Below are positions 33,861 through 43,172 of a stretch of DNA of 64,000 nucleotides, piece after piece. The position numbers and the translations under genes were made by a program. The notes beneath the pieces were generated by a model, which ran no database searches, had not been told where the DNA came from, and saw only the letters and a list, made by a program, of their open reading frames with translations. The DNA lies in the sequence record NZ_CP148139.1. One strand, 5' to 3'. Source of the stretch: a plasmid. Position 1 is the first letter of the stretch. Each line of letters starts with the position of its first letter.

Positions 33861-34153
33861 TTTTTATAGGTCCTCCCATACTGTTTGAAATATTCATTGA
33901 GCTCTTTGTCTCGCTCATACGTAGCCGCATCTGCCGCTTGTCTGGCTTCATCAACCTGCTTTCTTTGTAGTTCTTCAGCCAGCTTCAGATAAGATTGAAT
34001 ATTCTCTTGGTTTGGTTCATTTGTTACGAGTTCAAACGCAGCTCTTTCACGTTCTTCCAATGAGCTGCACCCCATCAACGAAAACATGGCAACTGAAGCA
34101 CAAAAGTAAAAACGGGCGGTTGAGAATTCCCGTTGTGTTTTTTTCTTCATCAT
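33857..34153 (-). CDS. Small lipoprotein (98 aa; lipobox LMGC)
   Basis: Signal peptide plus lipobox FSLMGCSS. Translationally coupled on both sides. Confidence 0.45.
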   Translation of the reverse strand: MMKKKTQREFSTARFYFCASVAMFSLMGCSSLEERERAAFELVTNEPNQENIQSYLKLAEELQRKQVDEARQAADAATYERDKELNEYFKQYGRTYKK

Positions 34154-34986
34154 TTTTCCAACTTAATTATCTGTTGCCCCCTAAACACGCCAAGGAGAGT
34201 CGTTTTGTGTTTGTCAGAACGCTCCTGTCTGTCTGCTTCAGCAGTAAACAATGGCAGGGGACTTACTTTAAAATCCTGATCCTGCACTATCAAAAACGGC
34301 ACAGGAGCGTTTATGCAGCGTTTTTTCCCACTGGCAAAGGTTAGGTTGCAGATCGGCTGCGGCGTAACGCTACGCTTTATTCTGAGCCTATTAGCAGGGC
34401 ACTCTTGGATTTTATCCATTAAGTCCTGTAACTCAGCGTTGCCTTTTGCTATGTCAGCTATGAGCTGATAAAGCTTAACAGGGTCTGTTTTCTGCATGAG
34501 TCCTTTTAAGCCCCACGTATATGAAGCATGAGTGATCACATCGTCAGAGTTAAATACAGGAATGTTCCGGTACAAATGCAGTGTCATTACGTTACTCAGA
34601 TGTTTACGCAAAATTCTGAAACGCTCAGATTTTGGCAGTGCGACAACCGAGCTTCTGATATTGTTTTTTACGGTATTGATTTTGATTAGATGATCAGCAA
34701 GTTCCATAGCCGCAGTTGATAACTGTACATATCCGGCTGTTCGCCTCGCAAACTTTTGTGAGTACAACGGAGAAATGTATAAGTCCTGCCAACATGAGAT
34801 AACCGATGTATAGGCATGAGGACCCCAATTCACAACCGGCTCAATGCATTTACCGATATCATCACAACCATTTTCTACCGGTGGAATGACACAGGTAAGG
34901 GCTGAAATTACCTTTGTATCTCGAAAAAGAGAGTCAAGCTGGTGGAGGTACTTCAGCAATGAACCAATATAGCTATCAAGCATCAC
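34150..34986 (-). CDS. Hypothetical protein (278 aa), first gene of a three-gene overlapping operon; contains an Rx4H motif (RILRKH)
   Basis: RBS aggag upstream of the ATG. Its stop overlaps the next start (ATGA). Confidence 0.45.
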   Translation of the reverse strand: MMLDSYIGSLLKYLHQLDSLFRDTKVISALTCVIPPVENGCDDIGKCIEPVVNWGPHAYTSVISCWQDLYISPLYSQKFARRTAGYVQLSTAAMELADHLIKINTVKNNIRSSVVALPKSERFRILRKHLSNVMTLHLYRNIPVFNSDDVITHASYTWGLKGLMQKTDPVKLYQLIADIAKGNAELQDLMDKIQECPANRLRIKRSVTPQPICNLTFASGKKRCINAPVPFLIVQDQDFKVSPLPLFTAEADRQERSDKHKTTLLGVFRGQQIIKLEK

Positions 34987-35242
34987 ATGAAACTCCTGTT
35001 CTTAGAAAGAAAGAATCATAACCAAATATGCCAACATACAAATAGGTGTCTAACAAAAACAGGAGCGAAACTTACACATCTGCGCCCCTGACTCGCGCTT
35101 TTTTCTCTCTTTTTCTCTTTTTTTCTCCCCTTTTCTCTAGGCACGGCTGTTCAGGTTGAACGCCCATATTACTACCTCCTCTTTTGTATGTTGGCATATT
35201 TCATGGTGACTTTTACAAAATGAAATATGACCGATCATGCTA

Positions 35243-35470
35243 TTATTCTTGTTCTCTGGATTTCTTCAAAAATTTTTTAAAACTGCTATCACTGACCATC
35301 AAGCCGTAAGCCGGTAAAGCATCCATAATCGCATTCCAAGACATGCCTGATGATTTCATTTCAAATAAATCATCCTGAATATGGTTCAACATAGCATTTT
35401 TTTTATAATTCTGGTTCTGCAAACTGAACTGAGTAATTTTTTCTTGTAATCGTTTATTTTTATACATCAT
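35243..35470 (-). CDS. Small basic protein (75 aa) translationally coupled downstream of rep; possible HTH
   Basis: Its start overlaps the rep stop region by 1 nt. The C-terminal half (SSGMSWNAIMDALPAYGLMVSDSSFKKFL) resembles a resolvase/Hin-type HTH. Confidence 0.35.
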   Translation of the reverse strand: MMYKNKRLQEKITQFSLQNQNYKKNAMLNHIQDDLFEMKSSGMSWNAIMDALPAYGLMVSDSSFKKFLKKSREQE

Positions 35471-35472
35471 TA

Positions 35473-36309
35473 CTATAATAAACCTATCTGCTTTTCGAGC
35501 TCGTCCAGTTCCTTATCGGTAGGTATAGAACTACCCACTTTTTCATTGTGAATAACATAGGATATGCGTAACACAGAAGCCTTGCGTCCTTTACGTGACT
35601 CAATCGCAATTGAAACATCCTTGATATTCGTTTGTTCACCCAAACTAACCGCCAGCCGCTTTAAAAACTGACCAAAATACTTATAGCTTTGATAGAGATA
35701 TTCCTTATTGCCTTTCTTATCTATATTGAACAGCCACATTTCGTCCTTAAGTTCGTCAACTCCAATTGTGAAAGACGTTTTATATTCGGCAATAGTATTA
35801 CGTTTAGAGTAACGTTTCATAATTAGCTGATATAGATTTGCCAAACTAGCATCCGATAATCTAGCTACATAAAAAAGGTTTTGTGTCGTGAATTTTTTTG
35901 ATAATTCAAAGAAATAGGGAAATACCCTACGGTTAAAGAATATTTTGCAGTAGCCTTCGTCAAAGTAATATGTAGCACTCGTTGTAATGTTGGTTTTTGA
36001 AGCTCGTTTAAAACCTTCCTCACTTAGATCTTCATATATGTGAGAGCTCAACAGAGTATCTACGGCGAGTGGAAGGGATTTATACGCAGTTGAAAGGTCC
36101 ACGTCACAAATTTCAGCATACTCCTTAGCTTTAACCTCAAAGCATATTTCATCTTCATCAACAGATTCTCTAGGATCAGATATCTGAGCGAGAATAAGAA
36201 ACAGCACTCTTTTCGCCGGTATAGGTAAGCTGGCGAGAGAAAGATTGAAATCATCAGAATGACGAACATTAGTATAAAGTGTTAAGTTACTGATTTGCTT
36301 CTTTTTCAT
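35473..36309 (-). CDS. repA: Iteron-type replication initiator (Rep_3 / RepA family); alternative upstream TTG start at 36372
   Basis: About 280-aa basic protein immediately downstream of an array of 22-bp iterons. General resemblance to pSC101/R6K-type Rep proteins. The product assignment rests mainly on context. Confidence 0.65.
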   Translation of the reverse strand: MKKKQISNLTLYTNVRHSDDFNLSLASLPIPAKRVLFLILAQISDPRESVDEDEICFEVKAKEYAEICDVDLSTAYKSLPLAVDTLLSSHIYEDLSEEGFKRASKTNITTSATYYFDEGYCKIFFNRRVFPYFFELSKKFTTQNLFYVARLSDASLANLYQLIMKRYSKRNTIAEYKTSFTIGVDELKDEMWLFNIDKKGNKEYLYQSYKYFGQFLKRLAVSLGEQTNIKDVSIAIESRKGRKASVLRISYVIHNEKVGSSIPTDKELDELEKQIGLL

Positions 36310-36537
36310 TACAAAAGACTCAATTCCAACATGATAGGTATATATTCTAAAGGTTGTTTTGTCTAAAAGCAAAGTGACCTTTAAAGTAATACGTAGCTGG
36401 TGGAGTATTGAACACCAGACGAAAATAGCCTTAACGTTGTGATAATAAATACATAAAGTATGTTACCTCTCACATTAGCAATACTTCCATGACGACTTAT
36501 TGCCAAGTCAGTTAACGAAATTTCCATATGACAAACT

Positions 36538-37080
36538 GCATATGTCACGACCTTTCGTTAACATACTGATAAACAGTAAGTTAATGAAGTCCACCATACT
36601 ACTCTATACTGCATCAACGACGACCTTTTACCTTAAACAGAAAAGTAACTTTTTTTTATGATCATACTGCACCAATGACGACCTTTAGCATAGCTGATTG
36701 ATATACAAAGATTATATATACATACTTACACCATTCTATACTGCATTAGCGGCGACCTTTAGCCACCAGCAGAAAAATACCTTTTTTTTATGACCGTACT
36801 GCATCAACGGCGACCTTTAGCGTAACAATATGATATATAAGGATTTATTTTAAGCATTTACACCGTTATATACTGCACAAGTGGCGACCTTTAGCCTTTA
36901 ATAGAAAAGTACCTTTTTTTATGACTATACTGCACCAACGGCGACCTTTTGTATAACATGTTGATATATATGAATTAAATTATGATAGAAGTATATATTT
37001 ATACTGCATCAGAGGCGACCTTTAGCCACCAGCAGAAAAATACTTTTTTATTGATTAACTGCATCAACGGCGACCTTTTG
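36538..37080 (+). repeat. Spaced iteron array: about 10 copies of the ctgcatcaacggcgaccttt family, 55-75 bp apart, each next to A/T-rich tracts
   Basis: Copies at about 36538, 36608, 36667, 36740, 36798, 36872, 36929, 37003, 37058 and 37240 (the tenth copy lies outside the 36538-37080 span, just before the tandem array), all read directly from the sequence. Confidence 0.75.
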
Positions 37081-37257
37081 CAGCAAATCAAAAATATACT
37101 TTTTCGGTAGTGGAATATTACAAAACATTTAAGAAAATCGTACTTATCCACAACAAAATTAGAAAATAAACTAATATTAATTAATAGGATATGATTTTTT
37201 TGATTAAATAACGAGCCTTGATTAATAATTAACCGCATATACTTTACAAGTGACGAC

Positions 37258-37375
37258 CTTTCACTGCATCAACGGCGACCTTTCACTGCATCAACGGCGA
37301 CCTTTCACTGCATCAACGGCGACCTTTTACTGCATCAGCGACGACCTTTCACTGCATCAGCGACGACCTTTAATA
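37258..37375 (+). repeat. Tandem iteron array: five contiguous 22-bp repeats (three tcactgcatcaacggcgaccttt, two tactgcatcagcgacgaccttt)
   Basis: Directly abutting repeats with no spacers, so they are iterons rather than a CRISPR array. Confidence 0.8.
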
Positions 37376-37644
37376 TCGTAACTAAATGATTATTATGAAT
37401 ATATCCCCATATCTAAGGTTTTAATGTTTTAAGATCTAAAAAGAAAGAAAAGATCTTAATATGCTAAGATGTGCTTCACTGTGGACAATTTTCTTATGCT
37501 TTCTAACGCACTCGCTTTGCTCGTTTGTTCAACAGCGACACCGACACGAAAACAAGTTTTCATGTCTCTCGCTGTTCAGAGCTAAAAATGTAAATTCATT
37601 TATGATTGAAAAAAAAAGCCCAAACAAATGTTTAGGCTTCTCAG

Positions 37645-38136
37645 TTAATGAGTGTCGATCAAATACAGACTTTTTAGCGTTACAACAGTACATGCATAAC
37701 TTATTTTTAACGCTGCGGATAGCTGCTGTACGATGAACACAGCAAGTTCCAAACGTTGGTATTGATCTATACCGTGTTCTAGCGTCTGTCCTGCTTCAGA
37801 GATCAAGAAAATCATTCCTGACTTGCCATTATCAAAGACAGACAACCCTTTGTTTCTATGACCCCCATGATATCGGGCATCTAGATTATCAATATACTTC
37901 TTTGATAGAAGAACTAATGCAGTGAGTTGAGTCAATTCTTTTAAGGATAACTGAATAGTCATTTTCTGTTCCCATCTTGCAGTTCCATCCTTTTCAAGAG
38001 GTGCTATCTCGATGTTAAGGGTAGGAACGCCAGATCTGGAAACTACCTTTTGAAAGTTAAGACAGGAACGTTTCTTTTCGTGTTTCTGCCAATCGGCGAA
38101 GAACTTTAAAGTCTCACCATACACTTGTTCGGACAT
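37645..38136 (-). CDS. Hypothetical protein (163 aa) downstream of parR
   Basis: ORF just downstream of parR on the same strand, with a short gap. Confidence 0.4.
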   Translation of the reverse strand: MSEQVYGETLKFFADWQKHEKKRSCLNFQKVVSRSGVPTLNIEIAPLEKDGTARWEQKMTIQLSLKELTQLTALVLLSKKYIDNLDARYHGGHRNKGLSVFDNGKSGMIFLISEAGQTLEHGIDQYQRLELAVFIVQQLSAALKISYACTVVTLKSLYLIDTH

Positions 38137-38146
38137 ACACCACCCA

Positions 38147-38527
38147 TCAATCTGGTAATGAACCTTTCAAATTCTGTGCTGCCTGACTTGGGGGCTCCTT
38201 CTCTATTTTTACTTTATCAGTCAGTAACGCCCGTTTTGCCTGACTCAAATTTACTTTATTGTGAGCATGAGTGCCGTCACTATCAACAGTTAGAAAGGAA
38301 TCTAACATTACTTTGAAGGTATCAGCCTTTGTCCTGTCTGATAGAATTGAAGCCAGCAAAGAAGGCAATCTATCATCAATTTCCCCTAATGCGATCCCTG
38401 CCAGTAACGCTGTACGTACTGCTTCAGTTTGAACCGGCGATTCTTCAATCTTTTTAATTGCGAATTTATCAGCCTCGCTGAGTTCGGGACGAAGATACAA
38501 AATTATCTTTTTACGCTCTTGTTTCAT
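38147..38527 (-). CDS. parR: ParR/StbB-like centromere-binding adaptor
   Basis: Small basic protein (126 aa) immediately downstream of parM, as in the R1 parMRC locus. Confidence 0.55.
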   Translation of the reverse strand: MKQERKKIILYLRPELSEADKFAIKKIEESPVQTEAVRTALLAGIALGEIDDRLPSLLASILSDRTKADTFKVMLDSFLTVDSDGTHAHNKVNLSQAKRALLTDKVKIEKEPPSQAAQNLKGSLPD

Positions 38528-38531
38528 AACG

Positions 38532-39491
38532 TTATCCTAATAATTTCAGACCCCGAACCAAAGCAAACTGAGGTTCTTCAGCCACGTAGAAACGTTCTGG
38601 TTGGATTGCTATTTTCTTTCTGATTGCATCAGCGGAAAGCGCAGCTCCACCACCAATAACCATGACATGTGTATAGCCCTTAAAGGTGCTGACCGCATCG
38701 AGCACACGGGTATTTAGTCGTTCAATACTGCTATTCATGGCATCTTTCACCATCTGAATATCATCAACGCTGTTGATGTTATCTAACAGATAGTTTTCAT
38801 CGTGCCGGTTAATAATGAGTTGATCTGCGTTATAGCTGGATGTTTCTGTTGAAGCGTTCGCCAAAGCTCTTTTGACTTCGTTAGTCACCAATGATACGCC
38901 AAGCGTAGGATCACCAAAAATGCGTGATACAGACGTCATTTGACCAGAAACCATTGAGATATCAGTTGTGGTGCCTCCAATATCAATAATCAGTACAGAA
39001 TGATTGGGTCTTAATTCATCACACAAAGATATACCCGCAGGAATTGACTCAGGACGAACGGTTACTTTTTTGATTTTGAAAGGTTCATTCCGGCTTACTT
39101 GAACTTCGCGCATTAAGTTATCTTTTTTGCGTTGGATGTTATCCATTCGATATTGCGCATCCTGATCGTAAAATTCTGCCAATGGTAGAGTGACAACGAT
39201 TTCAACCTCTTGGGGAGGTAAACCGCTAATCTGAAGTGCATGTTGCACTGCAACTGCGTTTAGAGGGCTATACTGCCAAGCTACGTTGTTAGTTGGCAAA
39301 TTGTCAGGATCAATAATATCGAATGAATACTTCTCGTTATCAACGGTATAGTTGAATGGTTTGCCAGTACCAAAAGCCGTACCCCAACCGCGTTTGAAGC
39401 TGTTAGGACTAATTTTAATTACTTCACCTTCCTGATCCTGTTCCCACAGCATTTTTATGTTAGTAGAACCATCATCTATATAAATACGCAT
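38532..39491 (-). CDS. parM: ParM/StbA actin-like segregation ATPase
   Basis: [58 protein letters not shown]... parallels R1 ParM [58 protein letters not shown], including the DLGGTTTD phosphate-binding motif. Confidence 0.85.
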   Translation of the reverse strand: [319 protein letters not shown]

Positions 39492-39496
39492 TTGAA

Positions 39497-39790
39497 GCCT
39501 CTAATTGTTAATGTGATGCATCTGAGATTTATTTGATGCGATATTGAGTATGTTTGTAATTTTAACAGTGGGAGTTGAGTGTCGCAAGAGGTTGATGTGA
39601 GATTAATTTGAGAAATATCAGGGTGTAAAAATCATAATGAAAATGAAAATATATCATTTAGATGTGGGTGTGATGCATAACTGAGGTTTATATGAGGCTT
39701 ATTCTATGTGGTATTACTGTGTGAGGATTAATTGAGGTATATCTGATGTGTGTAGATATACCTCGATACCTTGACTGTGAATGTGTATCA
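39497..39790. promoter_or_regulatory. parC: Candidate parC centromere/promoter: repeated ga(g/t)(a/g)tt(a/t)atttgag-type 11-bp motifs upstream of parM
   Basis: Repeats such as ctgagatttatttgatg, gtgagattaatttgag, ctgaggtttatatgagg and gaggattaattgagg, seen directly. Confidence 0.45.
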
Positions 39791-40633
39791 CAAAGGCGGC
39801 AATGCTGAGGGGAAAAGTTTTGCGATCAAATCATTAGTATTATTTATCAAACTTTCACTTTTAAATAATAGATGCATTGTGCCTTTTTTGTACCACTTAA
39901 CGATGAAAAATTCAGTTTCAAAATTTTTATTATTAGTTCGCACATTATCAGATATATATAGCCCTACACTATTTTGAAATTCGTGAATTGGTTTTTTTTG
40001 TAAGATGCAAAATATTCTAACTAGATCGTTAACGGTGTCAGTCTTATTAAATCTAGTTGAATACTTACGAACTGAAACAGCATTATCCATTATTATTTTT
40101 TTGCCAAGATAGCGAGGATTATTACTCTTGTAATCCCATGAGACAGATTGCAACGCATCCATCAATCCATTCTTAAATGAATCAGCTTTGTTAGCGCTTA
40201 AACTTGTAAAAGTGCTTAATGCATTCTCAAAGTTGAATATAGGCGATTTCATATCGTAAAGGTCGTAATGTAACTTTTCTATTTGTTTATTGCTCATGAT
40301 TGTTTTGATACCAGATTTATCAATAAACATTTTCCATATCTTTCTGTCTAACCAAAGTTCAAACCGTGTTCTGTTATCATCATCATTAGTATTTCTAGGG
40401 TATTGCAAATCAATTAAATCGTCCTCTATGCATTGGTGAGGAAAATGATTGTTGGTATTGGGAATTGTTTTTAATATTTCGATAGCCTCTGCTGCTTTAG
40501 AGAGTGATTCTTTATATAGGCTAATAGCATGTTCTCGGATTGCAATTACTCTGTCTATCTCAATTGATTCGATGATATTAGTATTGGTATTAAGGTTCAT
40601 TAATAAAATCCAATTTAATTTTTTATATGGCAT
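39788..40633 (-). CDS. Hypothetical Asn-rich protein (281 aa), solitary gene
   Basis: Monocistronic ORF flanked by AT-rich intergenic DNA. Confidence 0.4.
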   Translation of the reverse strand: MPYKKLNWILLMNLNTNTNIIESIEIDRVIAIREHAISLYKESLSKAAEAIEILKTIPNTNNHFPHQCIEDDLIDLQYPRNTNDDDNRTRFELWLDRKIWKMFIDKSGIKTIMSNKQIEKLHYDLYDMKSPIFNFENALSTFTSLSANKADSFKNGLMDALQSVSWDYKSNNPRYLGKKIIMDNAVSVRKYSTRFNKTDTVNDLVRIFCILQKKPIHEFQNSVGLYISDNVRTNNKNFETEFFIVKWYKKGTMHLLFKSESLINNTNDLIAKLFPSALPPL

Positions 40634-40923
40634 ACGTTAGGCGAGAAAAAATAGAAGTAGTACCATATCAAGCAAATAACAATAAAGATATATATTTGTC
40701 AAAGTGAAAACTTCATTATTTAATTAAAGATGAATAATTAAGATTTAATTTAATTCTGTTAATTTGGTAATTAATTGTATAATGAATTGTTGTGTTTATA
40801 TAAGTGGTGATATTGTATTTATCATTTTTACAAAAATATTGCTTTCAGCATTGTACGAATATATTATTAATTCTCAAATATAATTAATTACCACAGCTAA
40901 TAATAATTAAACGAGGATGAGTC

Positions 40924-41343
40924 ATGAATACCTATAATGTATCGTATAAGGTTAATCTTAATAACAATAACTATGCACTAGCTTCATTTGATGTACAAGC
41001 AAAGTCTGAAAAGGAAGCGCGTAGAATAATAAGCAAGTCGAATATAGGTGTTGAAGAATATACTGTTACTGGGAAAGACTTTTTCTCGGTAACGTGGTGT
41101 GTTGAAGATATTCATGCAAGTATTGTTTCCGGTTGGGATAGTGAAACAGAATTAGATGAATTTAATAAAACTGATCTTGATGTTTTCTATTTTAATTTAA
41201 GTGATGATGATAAAAAGAATTTTTGTTTAGATGTATTGGAGTCACTTAAAAACAACCATGATTGTAATTACGGTATTAATTGGGATGTAATTAAAATATC
41301 AGCAGATTCAAGTATGGATATATGGAAAAGATTAATTAATTAA
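40924..41343 (+). CDS. Hypothetical protein (139 aa)
   Basis: ORF with RBS gaggatgagtcATG. Confidence 0.35.
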   Translation: MNTYNVSYKVNLNNNNYALASFDVQAKSEKEARRIISKSNIGVEEYTVTGKDFFSVTWCVEDIHASIVSGWDSETELDEFNKTDLDVFYFNLSDDDKKNFCLDVLESLKNNHDCNYGINWDVIKISADSSMDIWKRLIN

Positions 41344-41678
41344 GATTCAATATTAAATTACAGAAAAATAGTCAGAGCTTATTGTGTCTGGCTATCTTCA
41401 CCAAAGGGAAAGCCTCTACTTATTCGTAAAATACTGCACAAAATGGCTGAAAAAAGTGAATGGATGCAAGTAGTGGCTTTTTAATATCATATATGCTTCG
41501 TCTAAGCGATTCTGAGTCACTTTAGCCTGTGCGCCAATGCTTACCCACGATGATGTGTGTAAGACCTCTCAAAATCGCCCCTACGCTGTTTTTAAAGACA
41601 GGGAAAGGATCGCCTACGGCTCACAGTACCCCCTAAAAGATCGCCTACGGCTCACAGTAAACAAAAAAAACATAAAAA

Positions 41679-42149
41679 TCAGCGAGTAACACCGATAACC
41701 GTTTTTCTTGTGCCCTTTTTCAAATGTGTAATTCTCATTTTCAATGATTTAGTAATATTTTTGGTTTGCTTAATGTCAGCCCTGATAATTTTAAACTTAT
41801 CCTCGTATTTTTGAATAAGTTGGCGTACTTCATCTGACCGAATAGAAAAATAGCGTATGTCAAAATCGCCATTACCTGTGGTTGGAGCATTACGCATAGA
41901 GCCAACTTTTTTAGTCGCCTTGTTCATCACGACCATTCCCCATCGAATCCGTACTGAGCCCCTGTCGTTATGAATTACTGGCAGGTATGGGGAGAATAGC
42001 TGTTTGTTATTTATTTCTTGCATAAACTGTTGGATCAGATTTACCGCATTATCAGCGCATACAGTTATTGCTTCCTCACAGTCAGCAAGGATTGCTTCCA
42101 GCTTTAGCAATAACGCATCTTCATATGATACTGACATGTATTTCAGCAC
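41679..42149 (-). CDS. Hypothetical basic protein (156 aa), divergent from the ltg-activator operon; candidate regulator
   Basis: ORF whose upstream region contains the repeated 13-bp boxes. Confidence 0.4.
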   Translation of the reverse strand: MLKYMSVSYEDALLLKLEAILADCEEAITVCADNAVNLIQQFMQEINNKQLFSPYLPVIHNDRGSVRIRWGMVVMNKATKKVGSMRNAPTTGNGDFDIRYFSIRSDEVRQLIQKYEDKFKIIRADIKQTKNITKSLKMRITHLKKGTRKTVIGVTR

Positions 42150-42208
42150 TCCAGAAAAGGTTCAGAAAAAGTCATTTTAACATAAACTAATTATACCGTA
42201 ACCACCCT

Positions 42209-42309
42209 ATTGGTGACTTAATGTCTCGATTACAATAAGTCGTAACTACTGTTTTGGTGACTTAATATGTGAGATACATTAAGTCACCAAAACCCCCTTG
42301 GTGACTTAA
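42209..42309. promoter_or_regulatory. Four copies (three direct, one inverted) of the 13-bp box TTGGTGACTTAAT in the divergent promoter region
   Basis: ttggtgacttaat at 42209-42221 (first copy, ttggtgacttaatg); further copies inside ttttggtgacttaata and ccttggtgacttaatg (exact coordinates not derived); inverted copy attaagtcaccaa. Confidence 0.45.
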
Positions 42310-42623
42310 TGTTTTTTGAAAATGTGCCGATAACAATTTTGGTGCAGAAGAAAGAATTGTCTTTCGTAAGCCATAAAACACCTATTTTCGACTTAATGCG
42401 AATGTTATTAATTTCTTTGGATAATAAGTATCATGCTACTAATTATTTTTGTTATGTAACATGTTGAATATAAGTGAAATTTTACTCCCTCTCTGTTTAC
42501 GTATACTGTAAATAAATGTATAATAAATTGCATTAGTCGTAGATAGTGTGTTGACGACTAATGTATGTCTTACTATAATTTATACTGATATATACGTATA
42601 TGCTCAGAATAAGTGAGGGGAGG

Positions 42624-43172
42624 ATGAAACGCTTTCTTCTGTTTTTAAGCATTTTTAATGCTGCGATTTGCGAGGCTGCTGTTGTAGATTTAACTAATAC
42701 CTCGTGGGAAAAGCACGCTAAACAATGTAACCTCGATCCGCTTTTACTCTATGCTATTGCTCTTAAAGAGAGCTCCCATAGAACAGCCGATAAATCCTTT
42801 GTTGCACCCCATCGCTATGCTTTAAATAACCCAATTATGGGCTCTTATTATCCGGTGAACCGAGATGATGCTGTCCGAAAAGTGCGGGAATATGTAAGCG
42901 TTTCAGCATTGACTGATATCGGTATTACACAAATTAATTGGCGTTGGAACGGTAGTAATTATGTTTCTGACCCTGCTGAGTTATTAGATGTAGATAAGAA
43001 CATTGAGGTATCAGCGAAGGTCTTGTGTCGAGCGATTGAACTATCTCCAAATGATATAGCGCAAGCCATCGGTAATTATCACACACCAAATCCAGCGTTA
43101 AAGAACAAAGCTAAAGAATATGGTGAATCAGTTCTGCTCATATGGAAAAGATTGAAAGAAAATGAACAATAA
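42624..43172 (+). CDS. Lytic transglycosylase (SLT domain; F orf169 / P19-like conjugation-associated muramidase)
   Basis: Signal peptide followed by the SLT catalytic motif AIALKESSH. Size 183 aa. Confidence 0.65.
   Translation: MKRFLLFLSIFNAAICEAAVVDLTNTSWEKHAKQCNLDPLLLYAIALKESSHRTADKSFVAPHRYALNNPIMGSYYPVNRDDAVRKVREYVSVSALTDIGITQINWRWNGSNYVSDPAELLDVDKNIEVSAKVLCRAIELSPNDIAQAIGNYHTPNPALKNKAKEYGESVLLIWKRLKENEQ

Noticed and set aside
37258-37375. Tandem 22-bp repeat block that could look superficially like a CRISPR array
   Set aside because: The repeats are directly contiguous with no spacers. The same core recurs as dispersed iterons upstream of a rep gene, and there are no cas genes. It is an iteron array.
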